A stretch of 64,000 nt of DNA from Bugula neritina (GCA_964035545.1 OZ037767.1:3736707-3800706), one strand, 5' to 3'. Shown: positions 1 through 19,900, counted from the first letter of the stretch. A program made the numbers and translations. The notes: generated by a model from the letters alone, not told the origin.

Positions 1-1338
1 AGCTCAGTGTCAGAAGATAAACTGCTCTACTTTGCTTTTCGAGGCAGAGGGGAACCTATTCGTATTGTATATGCTCTAGCACAAGTACCTCTAAATGATG
101 AGCGAGTTCCCATTTCACTTGATCATTGGATGAATATAAAAAGAGGTGACTGTGTGTATTATTACACCTGTAAGACAAGGTTATGACAGTACATATTTTA
201 GCAACGTAGAATACCCTGGATTAATGTTGTAGACCAGCCACTTGGCCAGCTTCCAGTGCTAACATGCTCAGAGGGGACTTTGGTACAGTCAAAGTCTATT
301 GCAAGATATGCTGCTAAAAAGTTTGGTGAGATTAGAACGTTTCTCATTTACTAAAGTCCTAAAACAAGTTTCTAATAGACCATCAATTTGTTGTATAAAA
401 TTAATAATGTATAAAATTGGTAATGTGTAAAATAGTAATGTATGAAATTACTAATGTATGACATTAGTAAATCTTTATTTAACTTTAAAAATTAATTTTT
501 TTGCAAATAATTTTGAAAGCTTCCAAATTTTACTTAAGGCTTTATATTTTTTTTTGTATTTACACTTGTTCAGTGTTTATAAGTTGTAAATAATTCTTTT
601 GAATCTCTAAACTGATTTAACATCTTATGTAGGGTTGGCTGGTAAGAGCATTTGGGAAGAGGCTTTGAATGACATGATAATAGAAACGTGCGACTGTAGT
701 TTTGGAGAAATTGGTGCAAAAATTGTTCCTTGGAAATATCTTAAATCAGAGCCGAAGCCAGCAAATCACGAGCAGGTGTTGGCAGATGTTAAAGAGAAAA
801 TCATACAGACAATTGAGTTTATTCAGAAAGGAGCTGAAAAAAGAGGAAAACGCTTTATTATTAGTGATGAAGTTAGTGTATAAAATTTTCATATAATCCC
901 TAAATTACAACTATTGATTTCAACCACTGTGAAAAGATATATTACCAGACTAATAATTTGAAACATGTGATTTAACTAAGGGCAATAGTTTCAGCTAAAG
1001 TTAAACTAGGCTATTTTTAGTTTTTAGTTATAGATAAAGTCAGCAGTGCCTGACGTCATCTTGTGCCCTGTAGTACTTAGTTCAGCTACCAATTGTTCTC
1101 AATATATCAACATCCACGGTAGCTTGTTGAATGTGTTATACTTTGTTGTATACTTTACTTCTTGTAGATCTCTTTGGGGGATGTCATGTTTTATTCTTCA
1201 TTAGAGGTAGCTGCAGCTGTTTATCCTGATTTAATGAAATACAATTCATGGGTAGAAGACTTCGTATTAAACTTTATTTCTGACGATAGAATCAGTAAAT
1301 ATCTTGCTAGCAGACCACAATCTCAACTGCCTATATAA
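1..1338 (+). CDS. Glutathione S-transferase, sigma-like; start codon lies upstream of the window. Exons 1-145, 233-325, 633-871, 1168-1338
   Basis: Spliced translation: KLLYFAFRGRGEPIRIVYALA...DQPLGQLPVL...VQSKSIARYAAKKFGLAGKSIWEEALNDMIIE...ISLGDVMFY...KYLASRPQSQLPI*. Shows the catalytic Tyr/RGRGE, QLPVL, QS and GLAG motifs. All introns GT-AG with consistent phase; AATAAA at 1379-1384. Confidence 0.93.
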
Positions 1339-3368
1339 TATTTTATTTTGATAAAAAATATTTTATGACATTTTTTCTAATAAATGATATTACAATACAC
1401 TTTAATACTTTGTTTTAATGATAGTAGTGATAATATTTTCAATATAGTTTATGGCTGTTGGCAATTGAACACTATGGCATTGGTTTTTATGCACAGTGCC
1501 TTTTGATTTTATAAAGATATAAATAATGTATTCAATGAGTGAATGAAGCCAACGCTTCATTGCATACCTGTTCACCATAAACAAAATATAGGCTATGCAT
1601 TTGGCAGCGTACTGCAAAAATACTTTGAAAAATTCTTCAAGCTTGAAAGCAATTGCCATCAGTTAAATAAGTTCTTGTCATCAGGTAATTACTACAAGCT
1701 TCACAATTGAACTTGTTCAATCGTAGACTTTTGCGAGTCATTATTTTTCATTAAGCTAACCAGATGATGTTATGTTCTTTAATAAGTTTCAGATATAATT
1801 GGCATTGTCGACTGTTATATGAAACATTATGAGTTTTCTGGCTAGTCTACTATTTTTTTATTTTTTGATGATGGTGGGAAAACTAGTTTTACATGTTCCA
1901 TACTGATCTAAAACCGGGTTTTATTTATGCTTGTTAGCAGTGCCATCACTCGATACAAATGAGCAATTTTGACTGTTTGATAAGACAACTCTATAAAAAA
2001 TATTATTTAGTGAGATAGAAAACCAAAGGTATCATTCATGGGTTCCCAGCTTTTCCGCAAATTTAGCTTCAGTACCCTAATGTTAATAAATGTCACTAGA
2101 AATTCATCATAGTTTGATCAATATTCAAGTTAAAAGGGTTTTGTTTTGCCCAGGCTATTACACTTAAATCCTGTAAGACATCCTTGTCTGTGCCCACAAT
2201 TCTTCAATCTGAAACTGCGTCAATGAAATGATAATAAATTATGTCAAATTTATAGTTTTACTAATTATAGTTTTAAATTTGATTTTTTTCGAAGAATCTT
2301 ATTGAAATTAACCTTGTGATTAATTAAGATTTTGAAGCAAAATAAGAGTGCAAAGACATTAAAATTGACTCACTGTGAGTGTGAGTTGTTGTTGTGACAC
2401 TCACACACTGACAGTAAGTCAAAGTGTAACTGAAAGTCAAAGCTTCAGTCAAAATTTTCTTTAAGCATAATGATAATGATAATTATATTTTTTACTATAA
2501 GGTTAAAGTTGAAAATGGATAGTATTAATAATAATTTTATTTTCAATCATAATGACAATCACTCATAATCATAATCTCAATGATGTTGATTATTATTATA
2601 ATATAATATTATAATATTCATATTGATATTCAGTAATAGTAATACCAAATAGTATTAGTATTACTATTACATTTACTCTTACTCACTAACTTACTGTATT
2701 AGTATTACTATTAGTATTAGTATTACTATTAGTAGTCATAAGGTACAATTTATCATAATGATTAATGATATTGATAATCATAATGATGATATCGTCATAA
2801 TATCAGACTCAATGTGATGATCATAATCATGATGATGATGAGGAAAATAACCGTTGGCGTTCTCATAATCATAATGATTATTGTTATTGGTATAGTTATA
2901 CTAATTATAAATATAACAATAATGATCATTTTCATTGTGATTATTTATTGACTTAAAATTTAAGTTTATAGTCATAGCTGTAACTTAAGGTAGGCTTACT
3001 CTCAATCTTAGAGTTAGACCTTATTTTTAATTCAAGTTTATTATAACAAAAATATAAGATAAGTTTAATTTATTTTCATTTATTTTAACAATAGCTATAG
3101 TCTATAAGTATAAGAATAACTTAGTTTTAGACCATGAATTAAAGTTAGACTTCGTGTCGAGGTCAGCTCGCACAGACTTATTATTATTAAAGTTCTAGCT
3201 TCTTATTTTTGTGTTTTTATTTTTAAATGCTCAAATTATACAAATATTTGATCTTACAAAATGTTTTAAAATGTTGTGCATTTTCCAATGGAGTATTGTA
3301 AAGGCTGTTTCCTAGCCACAATTAAATCAACACAATGTCTTATCTTGCAGGTTAAGCACCTGTGCATT

Positions 3369-10927
<7,559 letters not shown>

Positions 10928-12431
10928 CTTCTATAAGAAGTTCTGATAACGATTTTAATATTGAGTTCTTGTCAGATTTTAAATATTTATGGTGTTGTTT
11001 ATAACGTTTCCTTGTAGTTATGTAACTGTAAATATATTCATATGTATAAAGAATAGGTGGTAGCACGCATAGTCTTATTGTAAGTGTAAAAACTTACAAA
11101 TATATATACAGCAAAATAGCAAGCAAGTACCAAAATGTTTTTTTAAATTTTATAGCCTTGATTTAAGCTAGTTTCAAGTTTTAATAAACTTGAGTGTGTT
11201 TGGTTGCTGCCACTGAACGTAGAGTAACAGTAGGAATAATTGGCCATCACACCAGTCATCTGTGAAGGCTCAATCCAGCTTGCACAATCTAGTAATCTGT
11301 CATAATTTGCTAAAGAAAGTTCTTTTCCAAATAAACACACAAAATTCACTGTTTATTATGTGTTGAACATTTCATAAACTGTATACAGCTTGATGAAATC
11401 CATTGATAGACTTTTTGATTTACCAACCTTAAACCCTAAAAATTTGTGTACATGCTTTGTGATGGGGCATTAGTTCTTTTACATCTACTCCAGTATGTGG
11501 TGTATACTCAAAGTACTTCAGTTTACTTTTAACCTTGTAGGCAGCCGTTCTCAATATCAGCATATATTTGAAATAGTTGTTTGCTAAGTCTCAGGTTTTA
11601 TTAAAACTTCATCAACTGATCATTTGATTCAAACATTAGCAAATAATAAAGTTATTGAACCATGACTACTGTACCATTAGCCTTTTTAATATATTGTGCT
11701 CCTAAAAACTCCACATGTATGAATTGTTAGTAATTTTCAATTTGCACATTTTCCTTGTTGTCATAGTGTTGCTTTCCGAATTTATTGAATACAACATAAT
11801 ATAATTTGTAAGATGCACTGATATGGGAAGTCCAGAAAGCAAACAGCTTATTTAACATAAGCTATTTTGGGTTATATTTTTCACTGAGCTATTCAAGACA
11901 CAGAGAGTTTAAGCCTCTACATATTCTGTATATTTCCAACAATTGTAAATAATATGCAAATCTGCAGAAGTTGCACCAACAGTGATTCACAGTAGTCAGG
12001 GGAACGTGATACTTTAAATGTATGTGTTGCAAATTAACCACGTGCCATGGAATTCACCTACAAGCTGAATTTTGTAGAGGAAATCAGAAATTAAATGTTG
12101 GACCAAATAGTAAGAACAGAGTCAAAAAAAGTGCTCAGAAAATCAGTTTTGTCTTTATGAAAATATTATATATGTATTCATGTGTATTCAAAGTTAAAAG
12201 CATCTAACATTCACAAATGTAGAAACTGAAACATTACTGTGTAATAAAACTATATACATATGAAATAATACAACTTACAAGGTTATTTTGTGAGCTGCTT
12301 TGGTAAGATATTAATAGTGTATCTAGCCTTACAATAAGTTCATCTGTTCCTGCTTAACTTATCATCATTGATAGGTCAGTAAGTAAGCCAAAGAGGTCAA
12401 TAATATATTGAAGTGCTCAATATTTTGTCCA

Positions 12432-14063
12432 TCAATAAAAAGCATCTTCAGCCAGAATGCAAGTTCCTGTTTCCACAATTAGCTGTTCGCATATGTTAAT
12501 TTTGTCGAATAAACGGTATAGGATGGAATTGCCAGTTTTTTTCCATGCCCAAACTGTAGCATGTATTGTAGCATAGTCAAACATTCTTGCAAACTCCTTT
12601 TTGTCATCAAATGCAAATATATAAACAAAACAGGTCAATAGAAAATTAACTGTTAGAAAAAACCAGGAACAATTTACAACGATTGAGCCAAAACGATGGA
12701 AACAGCTTGGTAATTTCTCGAAATTATCTTTTGGTTTATCCTTTCTTTTTTTCAAATCCTGTACACCAGGCTTGCTCATTGTTTCATTGATGATATCTTC
12801 ATTCATGGCATATACTGTTAGTACAGCATTGTTACTCAACACAGCTAAATACCCATCTTGAGACCCAACTACATAAGCCTCCGCATCACTTACATTTGTT
12901 AGCAAAACTGATGTGTTTTGCTTCATGCGATCTTTATTCTGGGAGGATTTTTTCTGGCGGGTGCTTGTTGAGTCAGCTAATGCTGCCAAATCTACCATTC
13001 TTAAGGTGCTCTTAGAGTTATTCTCTCGGAACAAAATTCCTTCCTCTCCAATTCCCCTTGCACCAAAGGTTTTGTTATTGAATTTGAAATGGTATATGGC
13101 TTTTCTATACACCATTTCATGGTGTTGCTGTTCAACGGGTATCTCGTACAATATTCCCTGATGTATCAGCCAAATGCTGCCTCCATACACCGACAGCACT
13201 TTTGATTTGCATACCATTTCTTCGCTCTTGTTGCATTTTCTGTCGCTCTTATTACGTTTTCTGTCGTTCCGTGAAAAGCTGATTATATTACCATTCTGGT
13301 CAGTGTGTAATAACGCTAAAATGAAGTCTTTACCATAATATAATCTAAACAACATGAGAAGCCCGCCTAAAGGGTGCCTAACCATCCACACTAACTCATT
13401 TCTAAAAACACACAAATGCCATTCTCTTTGAAATTGTTCCTCTCGATAAACTTCCACGGCTCTCCTAGAGTCATTGTACACATACAGTTCTTCTTCCATG
13501 ACTATCCCTTTAGTGTACACCGATTCCAAGTCACCAAAATGTGTCACCTCTCCCTCAATTGTGTCAACACAATACAGACCTTGTGGCTTAAGTGGGTTAT
13601 CTATGGAGTTAGTAGCATAGAGTTTACCCTGCAAACCCCAGAATAAGTGGGTTAATTGAGGTAGTATAAACGAGAATTTACAAATTTCCTGAGGCTTTGC
13701 ATTTATAACTGCTTTTCTCTGTTCTCTGGAAGCATTCTGTGACTCAACTTCTTCGGAGTTGTGTCTGGGAGGAAGCTGAGTTGAAGCTTCTTCTTTCTCA
13801 TTTTTTGCCTTCTTTTTTATAAATTCAGACAGTTGGGTGACATATCTAAATGGTGGGAAAGTTCCACTCTCTGGTATAGAACACTCGAGTTTGCAGTAGG
13901 GACATGATATTTTGCCGTTTCCTTTTCTTGACATGTCAGCAATGCATTTACCACACAAGTAGTGCTGACACGGCAATAGTTGGAGTCCGTCTCCCTTTAT
14001 CTCCATGCAAATACCACAAGACAGAAATTCATCTTCTAACTCCTGTTTAGTTTTATTATCCAT
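12432..14063 (-). CDS. RING-HC (C3HC4) E3 ligase-like protein with a probable beta-propeller and a C-terminal TM helix, ~543 aa, intronless CDS (paralog A)
   Basis: MDNKTKQELEDEFLSCGIC...LLPCQHYLCGKC...CPYC...FPPFRY (TRIM-type RING, no recognisable B-box). Beta-strand-rich central region; hydrophobic IVVNCSWFFLTVNFLLTCFVYIFAF. ATG at 14063 follows a ttttag acceptor; a 5'UTR donor gtgagt lies near 14220. Confidence 0.88.
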   Translation of the reverse strand: MDNKTKQELEDEFLSCGICMEIKGDGLQLLPCQHYLCGKCIADMSRKGNGKISCPYCKLECSIPESGTFPPFRYVTQLSEFIKKKAKNEKEEASTQLPPRHNSEEVESQNASREQRKAVINAKPQEICKFSFILPQLTHLFWGLQGKLYATNSIDNPLKPQGLYCVDTIEGEVTHFGDLESVYTKGIVMEEELYVYNDSRRAVEVYREEQFQREWHLCVFRNELVWMVRHPLGGLLMLFRLYYGKDFILALLHTDQNGNIISFSRNDRKRNKSDRKCNKSEEMVCKSKVLSVYGGSIWLIHQGILYEIPVEQQHHEMVYRKAIYHFKFNNKTFGARGIGEEGILFRENNSKSTLRMVDLAALADSTSTRQKKSSQNKDRMKQNTSVLLTNVSDAEAYVVGSQDGYLAVLSNNAVLTVYAMNEDIINETMSKPGVQDLKKRKDKPKDNFEKLPSCFHRFGSIVVNCSWFFLTVNFLLTCFVYIFAFDDKKEFARMFDYATIHATVWAWKKTGNSILYRLFDKINICEQLIVETGTCILAEDAFY

Positions 14064-15430
14064 CTTCAACTTATCAACTAGCTAAAAGGAAACACTAATT
14101 GGCTATAAGTTTCAGATTTACAACATCACAACCAATAGCAAATTTCAATTTTAAAGTTTTCTAAGTACATGCAGCTTTCATATTCAATAGCCGTGCAGAA
14201 ATATTATAAATTTTACTCACCGATATCAATTTATCACTTCAGGCACGTTCAGGGAAAGAACTACTTACTTAATATATTGAAAAAAATGACTAAGACTATA
14301 CTTTATACTGGTATTGTAACTAGACGGTTGTTGAATGCTACAGTAACTTATACACTCGTCAACCGGCAGCTTTCCCTGCTGTGCACAAAGTGAGAGTCTA
14401 GGATATAAATATTGCCATGAGGCATACTAGCTCAATGAATTATATTATAATGATCGAAATAGCAAGGGACTTCCCCATTTGTGAAGTTCTAGCAAGCCTT
14501 ATAGGTTTCGGCAAGTCTAACAATAAGTAGGAGGGGTGCTAATACCACTCATTAATGTTTGTTATAAAAAAATTCGTGTAATATTGCTAGGCACAAACAT
14601 TGAACTGGAAAATAACATAAATTTCCAGTTCAGTGAGCACAAACCCATTTTGATTGGCAACTCGTATGTAGTGTGTATTGCTAGCCTACCATGATCAAAG
14701 AATATAAGTCACTCTCATCAAAACCACAGCAATATTGTAGTTTTGTGCACTACTAGAGTGGGGTATTATTGCATACACGAATAATTGCTGTATGATCTAC
14801 TACGAGATTTGAGAGAGAACCGAAGTGGTTAGCCGTTAGCGTTTATGAAGATCTATAATATTTTAAGTCTAATTAGATACAAGTAGAGTTATCAACAATT
14901 ACAAGAGAATACACAATATTATCCTAGTCTACATGACATTTATCCTCCGACTGAGGCTGGGCACCGGAAGGCACTGTTTATATCTGAAGGGTCGGTCATA
15001 ATTGGCCAGTGAGGTTTCCGGCAAAAAGTGGTGCGGTGCCGCATAAGATTGCGGCATCGCTAACGGAGTTATCGTTTCTTGGAACTATAATAATATAATA
15101 ATTATGTCTTCTGTTGCAGGTATTTAATACATGGGAGGTTGGGGGTATACTTCCCCAACCACTACAATATTACTAGCAGTACTAGTCTATTACGCAGTGG
15201 CATATCCACAATATCGTGATCTTTGACATATTATGTATAGGCAATTTTAGGCATGAGTTTTATTTTTACAATTTATCAATAATAAACTACACTAGGTAGT
15301 GCTACATTATTACAATTTTATTTTTAGAAAAATGCAAAGTTTAATAAAGCACAAGTTTTTTTTTATAGAAAATAAATATCTCAGCATAAAACTAACTGCT
15401 CTAAAATATGACAAAAGTTAAGATTAACCG

Positions 15431-16957
15431 CTAGCCTGATGCTGCTTCTTGGTACCTGCAGACAGTGATGTACAGGTTGGACCAACCATAACTCACCTGT
15501 CTAAGCATGCCATTCTTACACAGAGCTCTTAGCATTTTATTAGCACCTCTACCAGAGTTATCAAAACAATATAAAAGGACTATTATGAGAAGAAATGCAA
15601 AGATAATTTTCGCCAACTCTGTGCATGACTCATCAATACATTGTTTCACCTTTAAACAGCTCCTGCGAATCTGTTGCCTAAATGTAGAATAGTCAGGACC
15701 TGGTTTAGGTTCAGCATTAATTCTAAGTTGAACAGGTGTGCTTTTCTCAGCTTTATTGCTTATCAGTTTATAGACATTTAAGGACCCACTATTTTCATAG
15801 ACAGCCAGAAAATTGTCTGGTGATGCTGCAATTCTTCGTAAACAAAAAAAACCTGTTGTAGGACTGCTGGAGATTTTGAACTCTTCCATCACCGCTGCAT
15901 TTGCTCTTTCCAAGGTGTGCTTTAGTTTTCCGGGATGATAAGCTTCAACCGTATATGCAGACTTGGAATTTACTCGCGCTAGGTCTAGCACCAGTAAACT
16001 ATTTGAACGCATGGTATCAAATATAATGACCTCTTCCCCCCAACTGCAGCTTCTTATACCATCTGGAATTTTAAACTTTCGGATTGGCAGGTCGTAACAC
16101 ATGTAATTAGCTTCTTCGACAGGTACCTGCCATATGTGGTCATCCACATGCATCCAAATACTGTCCTTATAAGAGTGGACACAGCCAAATGGAGTAATTC
16201 CCAAAAATCTCTTAATGATTTCCATAAACCCATTAAATATGCAAGGAGTAGCATGTCCTGTACTATCAAAGTGTTGTGGAAATAGGCAATTGGAGTCTGT
16301 AATACCTACAAACAGTATACCTCTAAATGGGTTTTTAACCATAAGGCAGCACCCAGCCACCCCCTGCACACACCACTTTCTCACTAGAAGCTCTTCTCTA
16401 TACACTTCAATGTACTTCTTAGTTTGGTTAAACGCGTACAGCTCATCACCAAGGTATATTCCCTTAGAATACCTGGACTGTTGGTGTGCAAATGATTGCA
16501 CATTGCCACTTAGTATGTTGATACTATACATTCCCTTATTTAGGCTTCCTTCAGGACATGTGTTTGAATAGAGGGTCCCATGCTTTCCCCAACAAAACCA
16601 ACTTTGTTCTTCCCTCCAATAGTCAAATTCACTCAAGAAAACAGCTTGAATTTTTTTAACTCTCTTTGGTTTGAAATCTCTTTGTTTAGCTTGTTGCTGA
16701 TTTGATGTGTCGAGAAACTCTGCGAGCTCTGCCGCGTATCTGAATAGAGGGAATTTGCCTGTTTTGGGAAGGTGAAACTCTTTACGGCAAAATGGGCACA
16801 CAACTCTGTGTTTCCTCACCATTTCTTTCATGCATTTACCACACATGGTATGTTGACATGGAAGTGACCGAAGCTCAGATCTGAATGGCACATCTTCCTC
16901 GCATATCTGACATAAAAGGAAACGCTCCTTCAGGGTCTCCAACTTCTCCGAATCCAT
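15431..16957 (-). CDS. RING-HC (C3HC4) E3 ligase-like protein with a probable beta-propeller and a C-terminal TM helix, 508 aa, intronless CDS (paralog B)
   Basis: LKERFLLCQIC...SLPCQHTMCGKC...CPFC...FPLFRY. Collinear with paralog A (YSKGIYLGDELYAFNQTKKYIEVYREE vs YTKGIVMEEELYVYNDSRRAVEVYREE). TM segment AKIIFAFLLIIVLLYCF; ttttag acceptor ~19 nt before the ATG. Confidence 0.88.
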   Translation of the reverse strand: MDSEKLETLKERFLLCQICEEDVPFRSELRSLPCQHTMCGKCMKEMVRKHRVVCPFCRKEFHLPKTGKFPLFRYAAELAEFLDTSNQQQAKQRDFKPKRVKKIQAVFLSEFDYWREEQSWFCWGKHGTLYSNTCPEGSLNKGMYSINILSGNVQSFAHQQSRYSKGIYLGDELYAFNQTKKYIEVYREELLVRKWCVQGVAGCCLMVKNPFRGILFVGITDSNCLFPQHFDSTGHATPCIFNGFMEIIKRFLGITPFGCVHSYKDSIWMHVDDHIWQVPVEEANYMCYDLPIRKFKIPDGIRSCSWGEEVIIFDTMRSNSLLVLDLARVNSKSAYTVEAYHPGKLKHTLERANAAVMEEFKISSSPTTGFFCLRRIAASPDNFLAVYENSGSLNVYKLISNKAEKSTPVQLRINAEPKPGPDYSTFRQQIRRSCLKVKQCIDESCTELAKIIFAFLLIIVLLYCFDNSGRGANKMLRALCKNGMLRQVSYGWSNLYITVCRYQEAASG

Positions 16958-19900
16958 TTTGGAACTGAGACTAAAGCTAAAATATCAATGAGAGGTTAAA
17001 TCAAATTAATACCAGAGTAAATTAACCATCACAATTTTAAATTATGCCCAGCATGCTCGCGCAGTGATGGCACAACTCTGATTTAAAGCAATTTGGCTGC
17101 AATTTTATATTTATGATCAACTGATATTTTATTAAATAAAACTTTGGGTATTAATTGCGGATGGATGGGGATTGTTACTTGGGTACACACGTACTATATG
17201 AGAATATTGCGTTGCATAGAACAAAATTAAACAGCTCAGATGCTATTAATAGAGCTGCTTACACCAGTGTTACACAGATTTTTAGAATGTTGTAGTATGC
17301 TCTCAAATGCCTGCATGGTGGCATAGTCAGCCAATGTGAATATAGAGTTCGACTACAAGTACGTGGTATCGAGTATTGACACTAAAGAACTGACGGAGCT
17401 AACCTCACAACCAAACTTCATGCATTTGCAAGGCAACAATATAGAATAATAATAATAATAATCATTGGGACTTGTGGGTTTATACGTTTTTTTCAACATA
17501 AGTAGCTTTAATCACTCAGAGGGGTGAACAAATTATACTATTCAAGTACCCTTCACTTGAGAGGAGGCAACTCCGCAAGATTGCTCTGAACACATTTCTC
17601 AGATTAAGGCCGATACATGGAAAGCCGGTATATGAAATCCCAATGTAACAACGTCAACAACTAAGATTAATGGTATTAGTAAGTTATTGTAAATTTCAAT
17701 TTGGTAAAGTTTACCTCGGGCTCTGTCCGGGCCCAACTGCAAGGCTTATGGCAAGCAACAATCCTGCAGCTGATGCAAGATTTAAAAATCTAAAGCGTGA
17801 TTCAGAGTTTTGTGCCTCAGTGTGTTAGTGTTGAATGCTAGAATCCGTGGAATCTCACAAACAGAAAGCTGTTATTTGCCAATCTCCTACGACTACTAGC
17901 CCAGTACACGTAGCGCATTTTGCTACAGTTTCTAACTTCTAACTACTTTTCACGAGGTCAAAGGACATTTCTCCGATGAGGTTAAAAATCGCTTGAAGCA
18001 GCGCAAATTTGGTGGTTACGAAGTGCAGTTATTCGATGGTCTCAAGTTTGGGGTTCGGACATGGATGTTTTTTACAAACACTGCAGTTAGTAACTCCAAA
18101 CTTTATGCTGTTCCTAACAATTTCCTATGCGGTTATAACGAAACCGAAACCCCTCATTGCATTTACGAGTCAAGTTTAGCCATTTATGAAAAATAACTAT
18201 ACAGTAGGCCTCGAGGTCTCTACGCCAATTGCACGGTGATTTTTTTATTACCCTTTGCTCTACACCGGCGTTGCTTATTCCTAATATCAATATGTTCCTT
18301 ACCTTCTACCTTTTCACTAAATCTACTGCAATGCAGCGTCGTTTCTCTTATGCCCGTTTGATGCAAAGTGGCTTTACAGTTACTCAAAGTCAATAAGCCA
18401 TAAGGTGTGAAAAAGTCAAATGTACTTTCACTTCGACTTATCACTTACGTCTTGCAGTTACTGAGTTCTCAGTTAGTGCTGGTGAGTTACAGGTTACAGC
18501 AGTCGTGACTTTGCACCAAGTTTAACTCAGTACTGGCAAAACTAAAGTAAGTGTAGCACTAATATCTAATAGTAATAGTATAACTAATAGTATGAGTAAC
18601 CATAAGCGGAGATAAACCTGATCAATTACTCAATTAGTATCAGTATGAGTGTCACAGTGACAATGTAGTTGTATGATAATGATTCAATGTGAATCACTAT
18701 AACATCAACTATAAGGTTAAGTATGGATAATGGATGGATATGAATGTGAATATCGATATGAATGTGCTGAACTATAGCTATAAGAATAAGCTTCAGAATT
18801 TACTTGAAGATACGTTTTTGTGTGGTCAGTATCACTAATACAATAAATGTAGTACTAGTAGTAATACTCTAATAGTAAAACTATTATTACTATTAGTAGG
18901 CCTATTGGTAATACTATTAATAATAGAGTATTAATATTGGTATTGTTAATAATACTAATAGTTGTAATATGAATATTATTTTTATTCACCATTGGGCTTG
19001 GCTATGTTAAAGTTTTAATTTGGCTCCTTGTTTTGAAAACCTTGAAATTAACCTATTAATTGGGCTTGGCTATTGAATCTATTATAACTATTAGTATTAG
19101 TATTACTGTTAGTAGTAACTAGACTCACTGTCATGTTAATACCATTATAATTATTCAAGCTAAAATAATTGAAAATTTCAATTCAGAGTGGTACTAAGAG
19201 TGATACTTTTTGTAAGCGTATACAATACTGCCAGTTAGTGTTGCAACAATTACAGATCCATTCAAGTCACTGGTCTTTCTCCTTTTCACTTTAAGCACTG
19301 TAGACCTAAGACAAATTACATGACAGCACAAGCATTTGTGAATAATTGCATGGGAGATTTGTAAATGTAAATATTGGTCATACACATGTACACTTACAGA
19401 CCTATGCATTATGTTGACATAAATATCAGTGAATAATAAAATGAAATCAATAGCAATGTCTGTCATTATAATGATGATTGTAAGCCATATAGTAATATTC
19501 ACAATTGCATCTTTTGGAAAACATTGAATTTATTGTCAATTGCTTAAATAATTTCAGCAATGCTATATCTATGATCTCTATCACTAACATTGCTTTTCTT
19601 ATTTACAAGTGTGAAACATGCTTTTCACTAGTTTACTGGGTTGCAAATGGACCTGTGCATCTATATTTAGTGCTTGCATTTGGTCCTCTGATGTCAGGTG
19701 TCAAAATTTCATTATCCAGAGTTGATTGCTTTCTCTCACCTTTAGGTTAGCTGGTTCTTGTGAGGGTATCATTCTATCAATCTACATCTGTTGAGGGTTA
19801 TTACAAAGTCTTCTAGTTCACAGCTCTTTGATTTTTGTGCATTCAGTCATTTTATTCGTAACATTATATCATAATTCTGACAATAAACATTGCAGATAGG

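Noticed and set aside
14064-14069. ORF-track TTG start for RING paralog A
   Set aside because: Eukaryotic gene; the ATG at 14063 aligns with the start of paralog B.
17315-17356. A-box/B-box-like motifs (tggcatagtcag ... gttcgactac) suggesting a tRNA or SINE
   Set aside because: Spacing is too short, no cloverleaf forms, and I see no second copy.
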